Assembly (NCBI GenBank): GCA_965215505.1
Contig: OZ244065.1
Location: forward strand, 2,720,001 to 2,784,000
Origin: Capsulimonadaceae bacterium
GTDB taxonomy: Bacteria > Armatimonadota > Armatimonadia > Armatimonadales > Capsulimonadaceae
DNA: 64,000 bases
Direction of reading: 5' to 3'
Both the position numbers and the translations under genes were made by a program. Positions within the stretch are counted from its first letter, which is position 1. Each line of letters starts with the position of its first letter. Below, one piece after another: positions 19,547 to 27,809 of the stretch. The notes under the pieces are model-generated. The model searched no databases. It saw only the letters and a program-made list of their open reading frames with translations, and was not told the DNA's origin.

Positions 19547-20092
19547 TCACGGCTTTGCGGGCCACTGCCCAACCGCCTCCATCATTTCTGCATTCCAGCG
19601 AATCTCGGTGTCAATGCGGGCGAGGCTGTGCCGCGTCGCCGCCCGCACCCAAGGCGACAGGTTCTCGTACCGGTCCAGGTCGGCGTAACCCGCCAGCAGG
19701 TCGGCGCGCGCTTTGTTCAGCCGCGCGTGCCGTTCTTCCAGAAGCGCGACCCGTTCCCCCGGCGGCAGGTGGCGGATGAAAGCCAGGCCGAGATCAATGG
19801 TGCGGCCCTCCGTCGGCGCGGCTCGGCAGGTCTCGCGCAGCAGTTTCAGGAACACCGCGCGGCCCGGCTCAGTGATACGGTACACATAGCGCGGGCGATT
19901 GTTCTCGGACTGCTCGACGTTGCTCTCCAGAATCAGCCCTTCTTTTTCCAGCGCCCCCAGCGCGTGGTAGATGGACCCGTCCTTGATCTGCGCCCAGCGG
20001 TCCACCCCCCAGAGGTGGGCGGTCGCCTTGATCTCATAGCCGTGAGTGTCGTTCTCGTAGACCAGGCCCAGCACGAAAAGCCGAACAGACAT
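19547..20092 (-). CDS. PadR family transcriptional regulator
   Basis: HGYEI, GSIYHAL..LEKEGLI and YRITEPGR motifs. Confidence 0.93.
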   Translation of the reverse strand: MSVRLFVLGLVYENDTHGYEIKATAHLWGVDRWAQIKDGSIYHALGALEKEGLILESNVEQSENNRPRYVYRITEPGRAVFLKLLRETCRAAPTEGRTIDLGLAFIRHLPPGERVALLEERHARLNKARADLLAGYADLDRYENLSPWVRAATRHSLARIDTEIRWNAEMMEAVGQWPAKP

Positions 20093-20137
20093 AAAGCGGC
20101 CCTCTTACGGCCGGGCAGGGTGAGGCACGGCATGTGG

Positions 20138-20181
20138 GTATACTAAAGTTTGAGTATACACACATACGCCGCAATTGTCAA
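20138..20181 (-). promoter_or_regulatory. padR promoter with overlapping palindromic operator
   Basis: TTGACA-N17-TATACT on the minus strand; GTATACT-N8-AGTATAC at 20138-20159. Confidence 0.8.
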
Positions 20182-20317
20182 GCGCGGGGAAGGCCCGGCG
20201 TTAAACCGCCGGTCTACACGGATGGGACCCAGCCATAAATGGCCGGCTGCATGGCGGGCCGGGGCCGCACGCCGGACCTAGACGCTTCGGGGGCCGGGCG
20301 ACACTCAGGCAAGAGGT

Positions 20318-21745
20318 CTACTGCTGATCTGCCGCCGGGACAGGGACAGGGATGGTAGGATACCGGAACCGCACCGCGCCCACGAGCGATTTGTCCCTCG
20401 GCCTGCCGCCGTCGTACTTGCCGTCCCGCCCCCCACTGTAGACGACGAAGCCGTCCGCGCCCTCGCGCCGGTAGCCCAGCGGCTTGCCGGTGTAGGGGTC
20501 GGCGAACGCGCCCGGCAGAGCGTCGGGGTACGCCCCGGCCTTCGCCCGCTCCGCCAGCACGGCGGCTGCCGCGCGGGTGACCTGGCGGGACGCGGCGGAG
20601 CGCATCGGCACGGCGCTCAGGATGTCGAACTGGAGCGGCGAGAGACGCCGGGAGATCTCCTGCACCAAGTCATCCGACGGTGCCTGCGCCTCCTGGCCCG
20701 CCCGCGCGAAGGCGGCGGCCTCGCCGGACGTGTCTATCCGGCGGATCGCCGCGCGCATCGTGTGGAGGTAGTTCGCTTCGGCGGCGTCCAGCAGGCTCGC
20801 ATAGAAGCGCCGGTCTCGGGGCGTGGGCGTCGCCGCCGGACGCGGCGCGGAGGTGTCGCCGCTGACGAGGCTCCCCAGCGCGGCAGGGCCGCCGCGCCGG
20901 AGCAGGGAGAAACTGGCATCGGTGATCGCCACCTCGCCTCTCAGAGCGGGGCGCAGGGACAGGCGCGCGGACCGGCCCGACACTGCCTGCTCCACCTGCG
21001 CGTCCACGGCGGCGTTCGGCCCGGCCAGGGTCAGGAGGTCCTGCATCCCACTCGTCGCGATGGCGTTTATGGCCTCCGCCACCAGGTAGCTGACCAGAGT
21101 CGGCTGCCCCGCCGCGTGTCCGGCCACCCGGTAGACACGCCCTACCGTGACGACCGCCTCACCGTAGCGGCCCCGCTCGGCCTCCAGGACGCCCTCCGTC
21201 TTCAATTCCCGCGCCGTTTCGCGCAGGCCGGCGTACTGCTGGAAGGGGGGATTGAGCGCGTCCGTCGCCCAGTCCTGGGCGAAGACGCACTGCGGTCGGT
21301 CGGTCGCCTGACGCAGCAGGGCGAAGACCTCCGGGTTGTCGTCGTAGATCTTTTGGATGCGGTCGAGCTGGGCGGGCGTGTAGGCGAAGCGGGCGGAAAG
21401 CGTCTCGGCATAGATCGGCAGGCGCACCCGCCCGCGCCGCAAGGCTTCCGCCTTCCGGTACAGCGGCGCGGCGTTCTGGCCGTCCGGCGGCAGCGGCCGG
21501 TTGAGCTGGGCGGGGAAGACCGCGATGCCTTCCTGCCGAGCAAAAGCGCGCTCGCGGGCCAGGGCGGCGGGTCCGGCGGCGGCCTCCCGCCGCGCGGCTC
21601 GGGCCGGCGGGGAGGGTGAAGTCTCGAGGAAGCGCAGGAAGCCGACCGGGTCTTTGTCCAGGGCGGGCGGAGGCGCGGCACAGGCCAGGCCGCCGCAGAG
21701 GGTGAGGGCAGCGGCGAGGGCTGCGCGTAAGGAGTAAGCGTTCAT
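20318..21745 (-). CDS. secreted hypothetical protein, paralogue family A copy 2
   Basis: signal peptide; colinear motifs with 13090..14520. Confidence 0.85.
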   Translation of the reverse strand: MNAYSLRAALAAALTLCGGLACAAPPPALDKDPVGFLRFLETSPSPPARAARREAAAGPAALARERAFARQEGIAVFPAQLNRPLPPDGQNAAPLYRKAEALRRGRVRLPIYAETLSARFAYTPAQLDRIQKIYDDNPEVFALLRQATDRPQCVFAQDWATDALNPPFQQYAGLRETARELKTEGVLEAERGRYGEAVVTVGRVYRVAGHAAGQPTLVSYLVAEAINAIATSGMQDLLTLAGPNAAVDAQVEQAVSGRSARLSLRPALRGEVAITDASFSLLRRGGPAALGSLVSGDTSAPRPAATPTPRDRRFYASLLDAAEANYLHTMRAAIRRIDTSGEAAAFARAGQEAQAPSDDLVQEISRRLSPLQFDILSAVPMRSAASRQVTRAAAAVLAERAKAGAYPDALPGAFADPYTGKPLGYRREGADGFVVYSGGRDGKYDGGRPRDKSLVGAVRFRYPTIPVPVPAADQQ

Positions 21746-21794
21746 GGGGGCGTGTTCCTCTGGAAGATACAGGACGCGGAATGCAGGGCTAGGA

Positions 21795-21934
21795 ACGAGT
21801 GATTGAAATCACTCGCTGATTGGGACCTGTCCGGGGGACAGAAGGCAGGGGAGACGGAGGGGATGGCGGCGGCCTTTACCACTCACTTGTCCCTTGGACA
21901 AATCCAGCGTCAGCGAGTGATTTCAATCACTCGT
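21795..21934. mobile_element. REPIN/MITE-like element with 25-bp perfect terminal inverted repeats
   Basis: ACGAGTGATTGAAATCACTCGCTGA ... TCAGCGAGTGATTTCAATCACTCGT; inner TGTCCnnnGGACA hairpins; second copy at 35036. Confidence 0.8.
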
Positions 21935-21959
21935 CCTGCGTGTCCTGCTCCCGCCTGCC

Positions 21960-23342
21960 TCAGTTCGGCACCGCAGGCACCGGGATGGCCGGGTAGCGGA
22001 ACAATGACTCCTGGCCCGGCACCTTCCCGCCCGGCCTGCCGCCGTCGAAGTGCCCGGTCGGCCCGGCGCTGTAGACGACGAAGCCGCCGCCCTCGCGCTT
22101 GTAGAGGAGCGGCTTGCCAGTGAACGGGTCCGGGAAACCCTGGGGCAGAGCGGCCGGGTACGCGCCGGCCCTGGCTTTCTCGCCGAGCAGGGCGGCGGCG
22201 GCCAGCGTCACCGCCTCGCGGGCCTGAGTGCGGGTATCGTTCTGGTCTACATTGCTAAAAACAGGCGTAAGGACATCAGCAAACAGGTGGACCATGCCAG
22301 CGGGATCATTGGCGTCTCCCGCCACGCGCTTACTCACCGCCTCATAGATGGCGCGGCGGGCGGGCGGCGGCTGATCGCTCGCCGTGACCAGCGGACGCAT
22401 CCGGCTCAGGAAGTCGGCCTGCCAGGCATCGATCAGGTCGTGCAGATGCGCCCGCTGTTCCGGCGAGACCTGTACCTTGTGTGCCTCAGCGTCCGAAAAG
22501 CCGGCCGCATCAAGCGCCGCCTCGACTCCCCTGCCTTCTGCGGAGTGCATCTGCGGAAAGACGATGCAGTCGAAGCTTACCTCCCCCGCCATCGCTTCGC
22601 GCAGAGACAAACGCGAATGTTCGGCGTCAACCGTTTGTCGCACGGCGGCGTCAGCGGCAGCATCCGGTCCGGCCAGTACCAGAATGTTTTGCATCCCGGA
22701 GAGCGTGATGGACTCACTGGCAACGCCGACAAGATACGGCAGCAGGAGATGATCGGAGGCCGCGTGTTCCGCGATACGAAAGCCCCGCGCCTGATTGGTG
22801 ACCGCCTCCTGATACCGACCGTCCCGTGCCAGCAGGTAGCTCTCAGTTTCGATGAGCCGTGCCGCCTCGCGCATCGGTAGGTACTCCGGAAACTCCAATC
22901 TCGTGCCTTTATTCCAGTCCCGCACGAACACGCACTGCGGCCGGTCGGCGGCCTGATGCACCAGCGTCATCACGTCCTGCCGGGCGGCGAGCATCTTGCG
23001 GACGGTGGCGATCTGCTGCGGGGAATAGGTATGAAAGGCGTACATGCCTTCTGCGTACTTTGGCAAGCCCATCGGCCTGTCGTGGAGCAGCTTTGTCAGC
23101 TTCGTGTAGAGCGGTGCGGCGTTTTGGCTGGGTGGCGGCAGCGGCTTTTGCAGTTCGGCGGCGGTGAGCGGGATACCCTCCTGACGAGCCGACGCTTCTT
23201 CACGCGCCAGATGAGCCGGACCCGCCGCGATGAACTCACGCATCGCGGACTGCACCCCCAGTAGGCGCACGACCAGCACAATGCCGACGATACAGACGAC
23301 GAGGACGCAGGCCGCGCCCAGGCCGATGAAGACACGTCTCAT
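21960..23342 (-). CDS. membrane-anchored hypothetical protein, paralogue family A copy 3
   Basis: ATG overlaps the upstream stop (ATGA); N-terminal TM helix; same family motifs. Confidence 0.85.
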   Translation of the reverse strand: MRRVFIGLGAACVLVVCIVGIVLVVRLLGVQSAMREFIAAGPAHLAREEASARQEGIPLTAAELQKPLPPPSQNAAPLYTKLTKLLHDRPMGLPKYAEGMYAFHTYSPQQIATVRKMLAARQDVMTLVHQAADRPQCVFVRDWNKGTRLEFPEYLPMREAARLIETESYLLARDGRYQEAVTNQARGFRIAEHAASDHLLLPYLVGVASESITLSGMQNILVLAGPDAAADAAVRQTVDAEHSRLSLREAMAGEVSFDCIVFPQMHSAEGRGVEAALDAAGFSDAEAHKVQVSPEQRAHLHDLIDAWQADFLSRMRPLVTASDQPPPARRAIYEAVSKRVAGDANDPAGMVHLFADVLTPVFSNVDQNDTRTQAREAVTLAAAALLGEKARAGAYPAALPQGFPDPFTGKPLLYKREGGGFVVYSAGPTGHFDGGRPGGKVPGQESLFRYPAIPVPAVPN

Positions 23343-23983
23343 GGGAGTATCTCCTTCAAGGCGGCGCGCGTAGCGGGGCAGTCGTCTTCCGAGCCGGGCG
23401 GCACGGCCTCTAAATCCTCGACAAGCCTGTGCAGGTCGGCGGGCGTGTCCAGGTCGTACCACGGCGGCGTCAGATGGACGGACAACCCGAGCGTGCCGGC
23501 CTTCGCCAGTGTCTGGGCCAGCACCGACTCGGTACTCCACGCAATGCCCTCAAACAGGGCGGGCTGCGGGGCGCGCAGGCCAATCAGGAAGTAGCCGCCG
23601 TCGTCGGCGGGGCCGAGGACGACGTCATAAGAGGGGACAGCGGCGAAGGCCTCGCGCAGCAGGGCGGGCGGAAGGTGAGGGCTGTCCGCGCCCAGAATCA
23701 GGCAGGGGGCGGGGACGCGGGCCATGCGCGCGCCCAGGTCGCCCCCTCCCTGCGCGGCCCAGAGGACATTAGCCGGGGCGAGCGGCTGGAGCAGGGCACG
23801 GTCGCCGCTATGATAGACGGTGACGGGCAGACCTTGCCGGGCGGCCTTGTCCAGCGTGTCCCTGACGAAAGCGGCGGCTAGTCGGGCGGCCTGTCCGTCG
23901 CTCAAAGCGGGCCGCAGGCGGGTCTTGACCTGGCCCGGCACGGGTGCCTTGGCGAAGACGGCGAGTGTAAGATCAGCGCCCAT
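23339..23983 (-). CDS. TIGR04282/DUF2064 family glycosyltransferase-like (CofC-fold) protein
   Basis: FAKAPVPGQVKTRL, QGGGDLGARM, GADSP, LGPADDGGY and DLDTPADL motifs. Confidence 0.9.
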   Translation of the reverse strand: MGADLTLAVFAKAPVPGQVKTRLRPALSDGQAARLAAAFVRDTLDKAARQGLPVTVYHSGDRALLQPLAPANVLWAAQGGGDLGARMARVPAPCLILGADSPHLPPALLREAFAAVPSYDVVLGPADDGGYFLIGLRAPQPALFEGIAWSTESVLAQTLAKAGTLGLSVHLTPPWYDLDTPADLHRLVEDLEAVPPGSEDDCPATRAALKEILP

Positions 23984-23990
23984 TGGGCAC

Positions 23991-24073
23991 AGTATAGCGG
24001 CCCGCCGCCGGGCTGTCAAGACGCGCTCCCGCCCGCACCCGCGTTGACACCCGCCCGCCGCGTATGCTAGAAT
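23991..24073. promoter_or_regulatory. back-to-back divergent sigma70 promoters
   Basis: minus strand: TTGACA-N17-TATACT-N7-ATG; plus strand: TTGACA-N18-TAGAAT with TG extension. Confidence 0.75.
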
Positions 24074-24088
24074 GCAAGGAGAACGCCG

Positions 24089-24892
24089 TTGATCCCATTG
24101 CGAGACGACCAGCCCACCAGCGCCTTCCCCCTCGTCACCGTCCTGCTGATCGCCCTGAACGTCCTGGTGTATGTCGGCCAGCAGGTCCTCCCGCTGGAAC
24201 AGGTGTGGGCGCTGGTGCCCTACGCGGTCACGCACAACGCTGACCTGAACGGGGCGTTCGCCCACATCGGGCCGGGCGGCGTCGCACACCTGATCCACCC
24301 GCCGCCGGGCGTCACGATCCGGCTCGGCCCCGGCGACATCCCGTTCGGCCCCAGCCCGCACCCGGTCTGGCTGACGATCTTCACTTCGATGTTCCTGCAC
24401 AGCGGCCTGCTGCACATCGGCGGCAACATGCTGTACCTGTGGATCTTCGGCAACAACGTCGAGGACGTGCTGGGCCGGGGCCGCTTCCTGCTGTTCTACT
24501 TCGCCTGCGGCCTGGCCGCTTCGGCGGCCCAGATCGGCATTGATCCGAACTCCTTGATCCCGAACGTCGGCGCGTCCGGGGCCATCGCGGGCGTCCTGGG
24601 CGCGTACTTCATCCTGTACCCGAACGCGCGCGTCCTGAGCATCGTGCCGCTCTTCTTCATCGGGTTCCTGGCGCAAGTCCGGGCGTTCTGGGTGCTGCTG
24701 CTGTGGATCGTGCTGAACGTCTTCCAGGGTCTATCGGGCCTGGGCATGATGAACGGCGGGGGCGTCGCGCACTTCGCCCACATCGGCGGCTTCTTCGCGG
24801 GACTTGTGCTGATTTTGCTGCTCGGCGGGCCTCGCCTGGCCGACCGGCAGCACCAGCGGGCCTCCTACCCCCCGCCGTGGCGCGCGTCTTAG
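24089..24892 (+). CDS. rhomboid intramembrane serine protease
   Basis: MIPLRD, MFLH..LLHIGGNM, GASG and AHIGG motifs. Confidence 0.95.
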   Translation: MIPLRDDQPTSAFPLVTVLLIALNVLVYVGQQVLPLEQVWALVPYAVTHNADLNGAFAHIGPGGVAHLIHPPPGVTIRLGPGDIPFGPSPHPVWLTIFTSMFLHSGLLHIGGNMLYLWIFGNNVEDVLGRGRFLLFYFACGLAASAAQIGIDPNSLIPNVGASGAIAGVLGAYFILYPNARVLSIVPLFFIGFLAQVRAFWVLLLWIVLNVFQGLSGLGMMNGGGVAHFAHIGGFFAGLVLILLLGGPRLADRQHQRASYPPPWRAS

Positions 24893-24916
24893 CGCCGGGC
24901 CATTGATGGCAGGCCA

Positions 24917-24945
24917 TTGACAGAACGCGGTAGGGGCCTTATAAT
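24917..24945 (+). promoter_or_regulatory. consensus sigma70 promoter of the TA operon
   Basis: TTGACA-N17-TATAAT. Confidence 0.8.
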
Positions 24946-24977
24946 CTACCTGATGATCTACTCGGGAGGGTGAAGCG

Positions 24978-25382
24978 GTGACACTGGATCTACAAGCGGC
25001 CCTGCCGGAAGACCTGGCGCGGCGCGTCAAGGCCGGCGCGGAAGAGCGCGGCGTGTCAACATGGGACTTCCTGAGCCTGCTCATCGGGCTATCCCTGCTC
25101 CCGCAGATGCGCCTGTCGGAAGACTGCGCCCTGCGCGACCTCTCCGATGAGGTAATGGCCTACTTCCAGCGGCGCGCGGCGGACATGGAGCGCGAGAGCG
25201 GCAAGGCCGCCCAATGGATACCTGGGGTGAATGACTACCGGGTCCCGCAGTCGCAGGAGGAACTAGGGCCGCGCGTCAAGCCACCGCCTGGAAAGACTAT
25301 CAAGGACATGCTGCCCACGGAGCCGTGGCCTGGGGACGAGACGGACGAAGAGCTGCTGGCCGCCCTCAAGGCGATGAGCTGA
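24978..25382 (+). CDS. putative antitoxin (VapB-like)
   Basis: RHH-like N-terminus, acidic C-terminus (WPGDETDEELLAAL); TGATG overlap with the PIN gene. Confidence 0.7.
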   Translation: MTLDLQAALPEDLARRVKAGAEERGVSTWDFLSLLIGLSLLPQMRLSEDCALRDLSDEVMAYFQRRAADMERESGKAAQWIPGVNDYRVPQSQEELGPRVKPPPGKTIKDMLPTEPWPGDETDEELLAALKAMS

Positions 25383-25810
25383 TGTCGCAGCTATTGGATA
25401 CCAGTATCCTGCTTGCTTATGTCCGCCGCGGCCTGCTGTTGGCCTGGATCGAGGCGCAGTACGCGCTGACGACCTCTGCCCTGACGCCTTCTATCAGCAT
25501 TGTTACGCAGGGTGAGATGCGTGCCCTCGCGCTCCGGCTGGCACGGGGCGCGGCGAAGGTTCAGCGCCTCAACCAGTTGTTGAGCCTGTTTATTGTCGTG
25601 CCCTTGCCCATCGCAGGCGTCATAGATGCATACGCCCGGATAGACCACTGCTGCGTTCAGAACGGCCTCGCCGTCGGCAAGAACGACCTGTGGATCGCGG
25701 CCACCGCGAACGTCACCGGCGCGGCGATCCTCACGACCGACCGCGATTTCGACCCGCTGCACGGGGTGTTCCTACAGCGGGATTGGGTTGACCCGGCCAG
25801 CCGCCTTTAG
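25382..25810 (+). CDS. vapC: PIN-domain VapC toxin
   Basis: LLDTSIL, GE, KNDLWIAATA and LTTDRDF acidic tetrad. Confidence 0.92.
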   Translation: MSQLLDTSILLAYVRRGLLLAWIEAQYALTTSALTPSISIVTQGEMRALALRLARGAAKVQRLNQLLSLFIVVPLPIAGVIDAYARIDHCCVQNGLAVGKNDLWIAATANVTGAAILTTDRDFDPLHGVFLQRDWVDPASRL

Positions 25811-25853
25811 CCGCCGTCCTGATGCTCGCCGGCCGCGCACCGAGAACCACTTT

Positions 25854-27809
25854 TTGATCAAACCGAACCTCATCCTCTCCCTCCTCATCGCCCTCGGCCT
25901 GCTCGGCGGGCTGGCCTCGGCGGGGCACCGCTGGCAGGCCGAGGCGCGCAACCGGCGCGTCGAACTGGTCGTGGACTACGGCGACGCCCAGGCGCTCGCG
26001 AACACGACCCGGAGGCAGTTGGACGACGTCTTGCAGCAGCTCCGGGCGGCGGGCATCACGACGGTCGCCGTCACCGAGGACACGCTGGGGACTCTGAACG
26101 CGAACGGCGTCGTCACCTATCAGCGGGACGGCGACGAGACGGTCTTGACGTTTGCGCCCGGATTCCCGACCGAGCGGCCGCGCGTGGTCCAGATGCTCCG
26201 GCACAAGGCACCCGGTTTGGACGTCACGCCGGAGGGCGCGGACGGGCTGCGGGTCGGGTCGCCCTGGCCGCAGTTCAGCACCCTCCCCATCGGGCTGGGC
26301 GCGGACGCCGTGGACGCCGTCAAGCGGAACGGCCTGCTGGTCGCGCCGCGCCTGGTGAACTTCACCGGCGTCACCCAGGACAACATCGCCTGGGAGCTGG
26401 CACAGACGAAGCGGCAGTGTGCGGACGCCCAGGGCATCGGGCCGGTCATTTTCGCCGGGTCGTCCGTCCTAGGCAACCGGGGCCTCATCAAAGCCACATC
26501 GGACGCCCTGGCCGCGGAAGGGCTGACCTACGGCAGCGTCGAACTGGGCAAAACGCTCGGGGATGAGGATTTGTCGCGCATGGCCGCCGCCGACACGGTC
26601 CGCGTCCACAGCATCGGGACCGACGAGATGGGCACCATGGACGAGCCGACCGCCGTGGAGCGGTTCGTCCGGGCCGCCAAGGAGCGCAACATCCGGGTCT
26701 GCTATGTGCGCTTGTTCACCTTCGGGCTGACCAAAGACGCCGACGTGATCCACGCCAACACCGAGTTCATCGGCAAGATCGTCAAGGGGATGCGCCAAGC
26801 GCGGCTGACCGTCGCCGGCCCGGCCCACCCCTATGCCGCCGACCCCGCACCGGGCCTTGCCCTGCGCGCCCTGATGGCGCTGGGGGTGATCGGCGGTGCG
26901 CTGCTGCTGCTGCGCGTGTTCACGGGGATCACGGGAAGAGCCTTCGCCGCCGCCCTCGTTCTGGGCGTGGTGGTGGCCGTCGGACTGGCCATACCCGGTC
27001 ACACGCCGAAGGGCCGCGAGGCACTGGCCCTGCTCTCGGCCTGCGTCTTCCCGACCCTGGGCCTGTGCGCCGTCGCCCTGCCCCGGCCGGTGCGGGACGG
27101 CTCCAGCGGGAAGGTGCTGGGCCGCGCGTTCGGGACTTACGTCAGGATGACGGGCTTCACGGTCATCGGGATCGTCCTGGTCATCGGCCTGCTCTCGGGG
27201 CGGCTGTTCCTGATTAAAGTAGACGAATTCTTAGGCGTCAAGCTGGTGCTGGTGACGCCCGTCCTGCTGGTCGCTTTGTACTACGGGCTGGGGCTGGCCG
27301 CGCTCCACCCGGACGCCGGGTGGGCGGAGCGCCGGGGGGCGGTGGAGGACTGCCTGCGCGCCCTGGCCGCCCGGCCGCTGCTGCTGGGGCAGGTCGCGGT
27401 CGGGATGGTCGCCCTAGCTGCTTTAGCTTTCCTGGTCGCCCGCAGCGGCAACGACCCCGGCGTCGGCGTCTCGGGGAGCGAACTGACCATGCGCTCCCTT
27501 CTGGACAAGTACCTGTATGTCCGCCCGCGCACGAAGGAGTTCCTGCTGGGCCACCCGGCCCTGCTGCTGGGCCTCGCGGCGGCGGCCTCGGGCCGGTTCG
27601 TCCGCTGGACCCTGCCGCTGCTGGTCGTCGGAGCCATCGGGCAGTCGTCGCTGATGGACACGTTCTGCCACCTGCACACGCCCCTGGTCATTTCGGGCCT
27701 GCACGGGCTGATCGGGTGGGTGCTGGGCGCGCTCTTCGGCGCGGCCCTCTGGCTCGCCGCGTCGCGCTCCTTCGCCGGGGAACACGAGACACCGAAGGCG
27801 GCCTTGTGA
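25854..27809 (+). CDS. DUF5693-like membrane protein (start uncertain)
   Basis: VRVHSI, RAAKERNIR, GVKL, RSGN, RPRTKEFLLGHP and TFCHLHTP motifs; directly upstream of csaB. Confidence 0.85.
   Translation: MIKPNLILSLLIALGLLGGLASAGHRWQAEARNRRVELVVDYGDAQALANTTRRQLDDVLQQLRAAGITTVAVTEDTLGTLNANGVVTYQRDGDETVLTFAPGFPTERPRVVQMLRHKAPGLDVTPEGADGLRVGSPWPQFSTLPIGLGADAVDAVKRNGLLVAPRLVNFTGVTQDNIAWELAQTKRQCADAQGIGPVIFAGSSVLGNRGLIKATSDALAAEGLTYGSVELGKTLGDEDLSRMAAADTVRVHSIGTDEMGTMDEPTAVERFVRAAKERNIRVCYVRLFTFGLTKDADVIHANTEFIGKIVKGMRQARLTVAGPAHPYAADPAPGLALRALMALGVIGGALLLLRVFTGITGRAFAAALVLGVVVAVGLAIPGHTPKGREALALLSACVFPTLGLCAVALPRPVRDGSSGKVLGRAFGTYVRMTGFTVIGIVLVIGLLSGRLFLIKVDEFLGVKLVLVTPVLLVALYYGLGLAALHPDAGWAERRGAVEDCLRALAARPLLLGQVAVGMVALAALAFLVARSGNDPGVGVSGSELTMRSLLDKYLYVRPRTKEFLLGHPALLLGLAAAASGRFVRWTLPLLVVGAIGQSSLMDTFCHLHTPLVISGLHGLIGWVLGALFGAALWLAASRSFAGEHETPKAAL

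Noticed and set aside
23339-23983. Arsenosugar or F420 biosynthesis cluster
   Set aside because: Only the TIGR04282-like gene is present; partner genes are not adjacent
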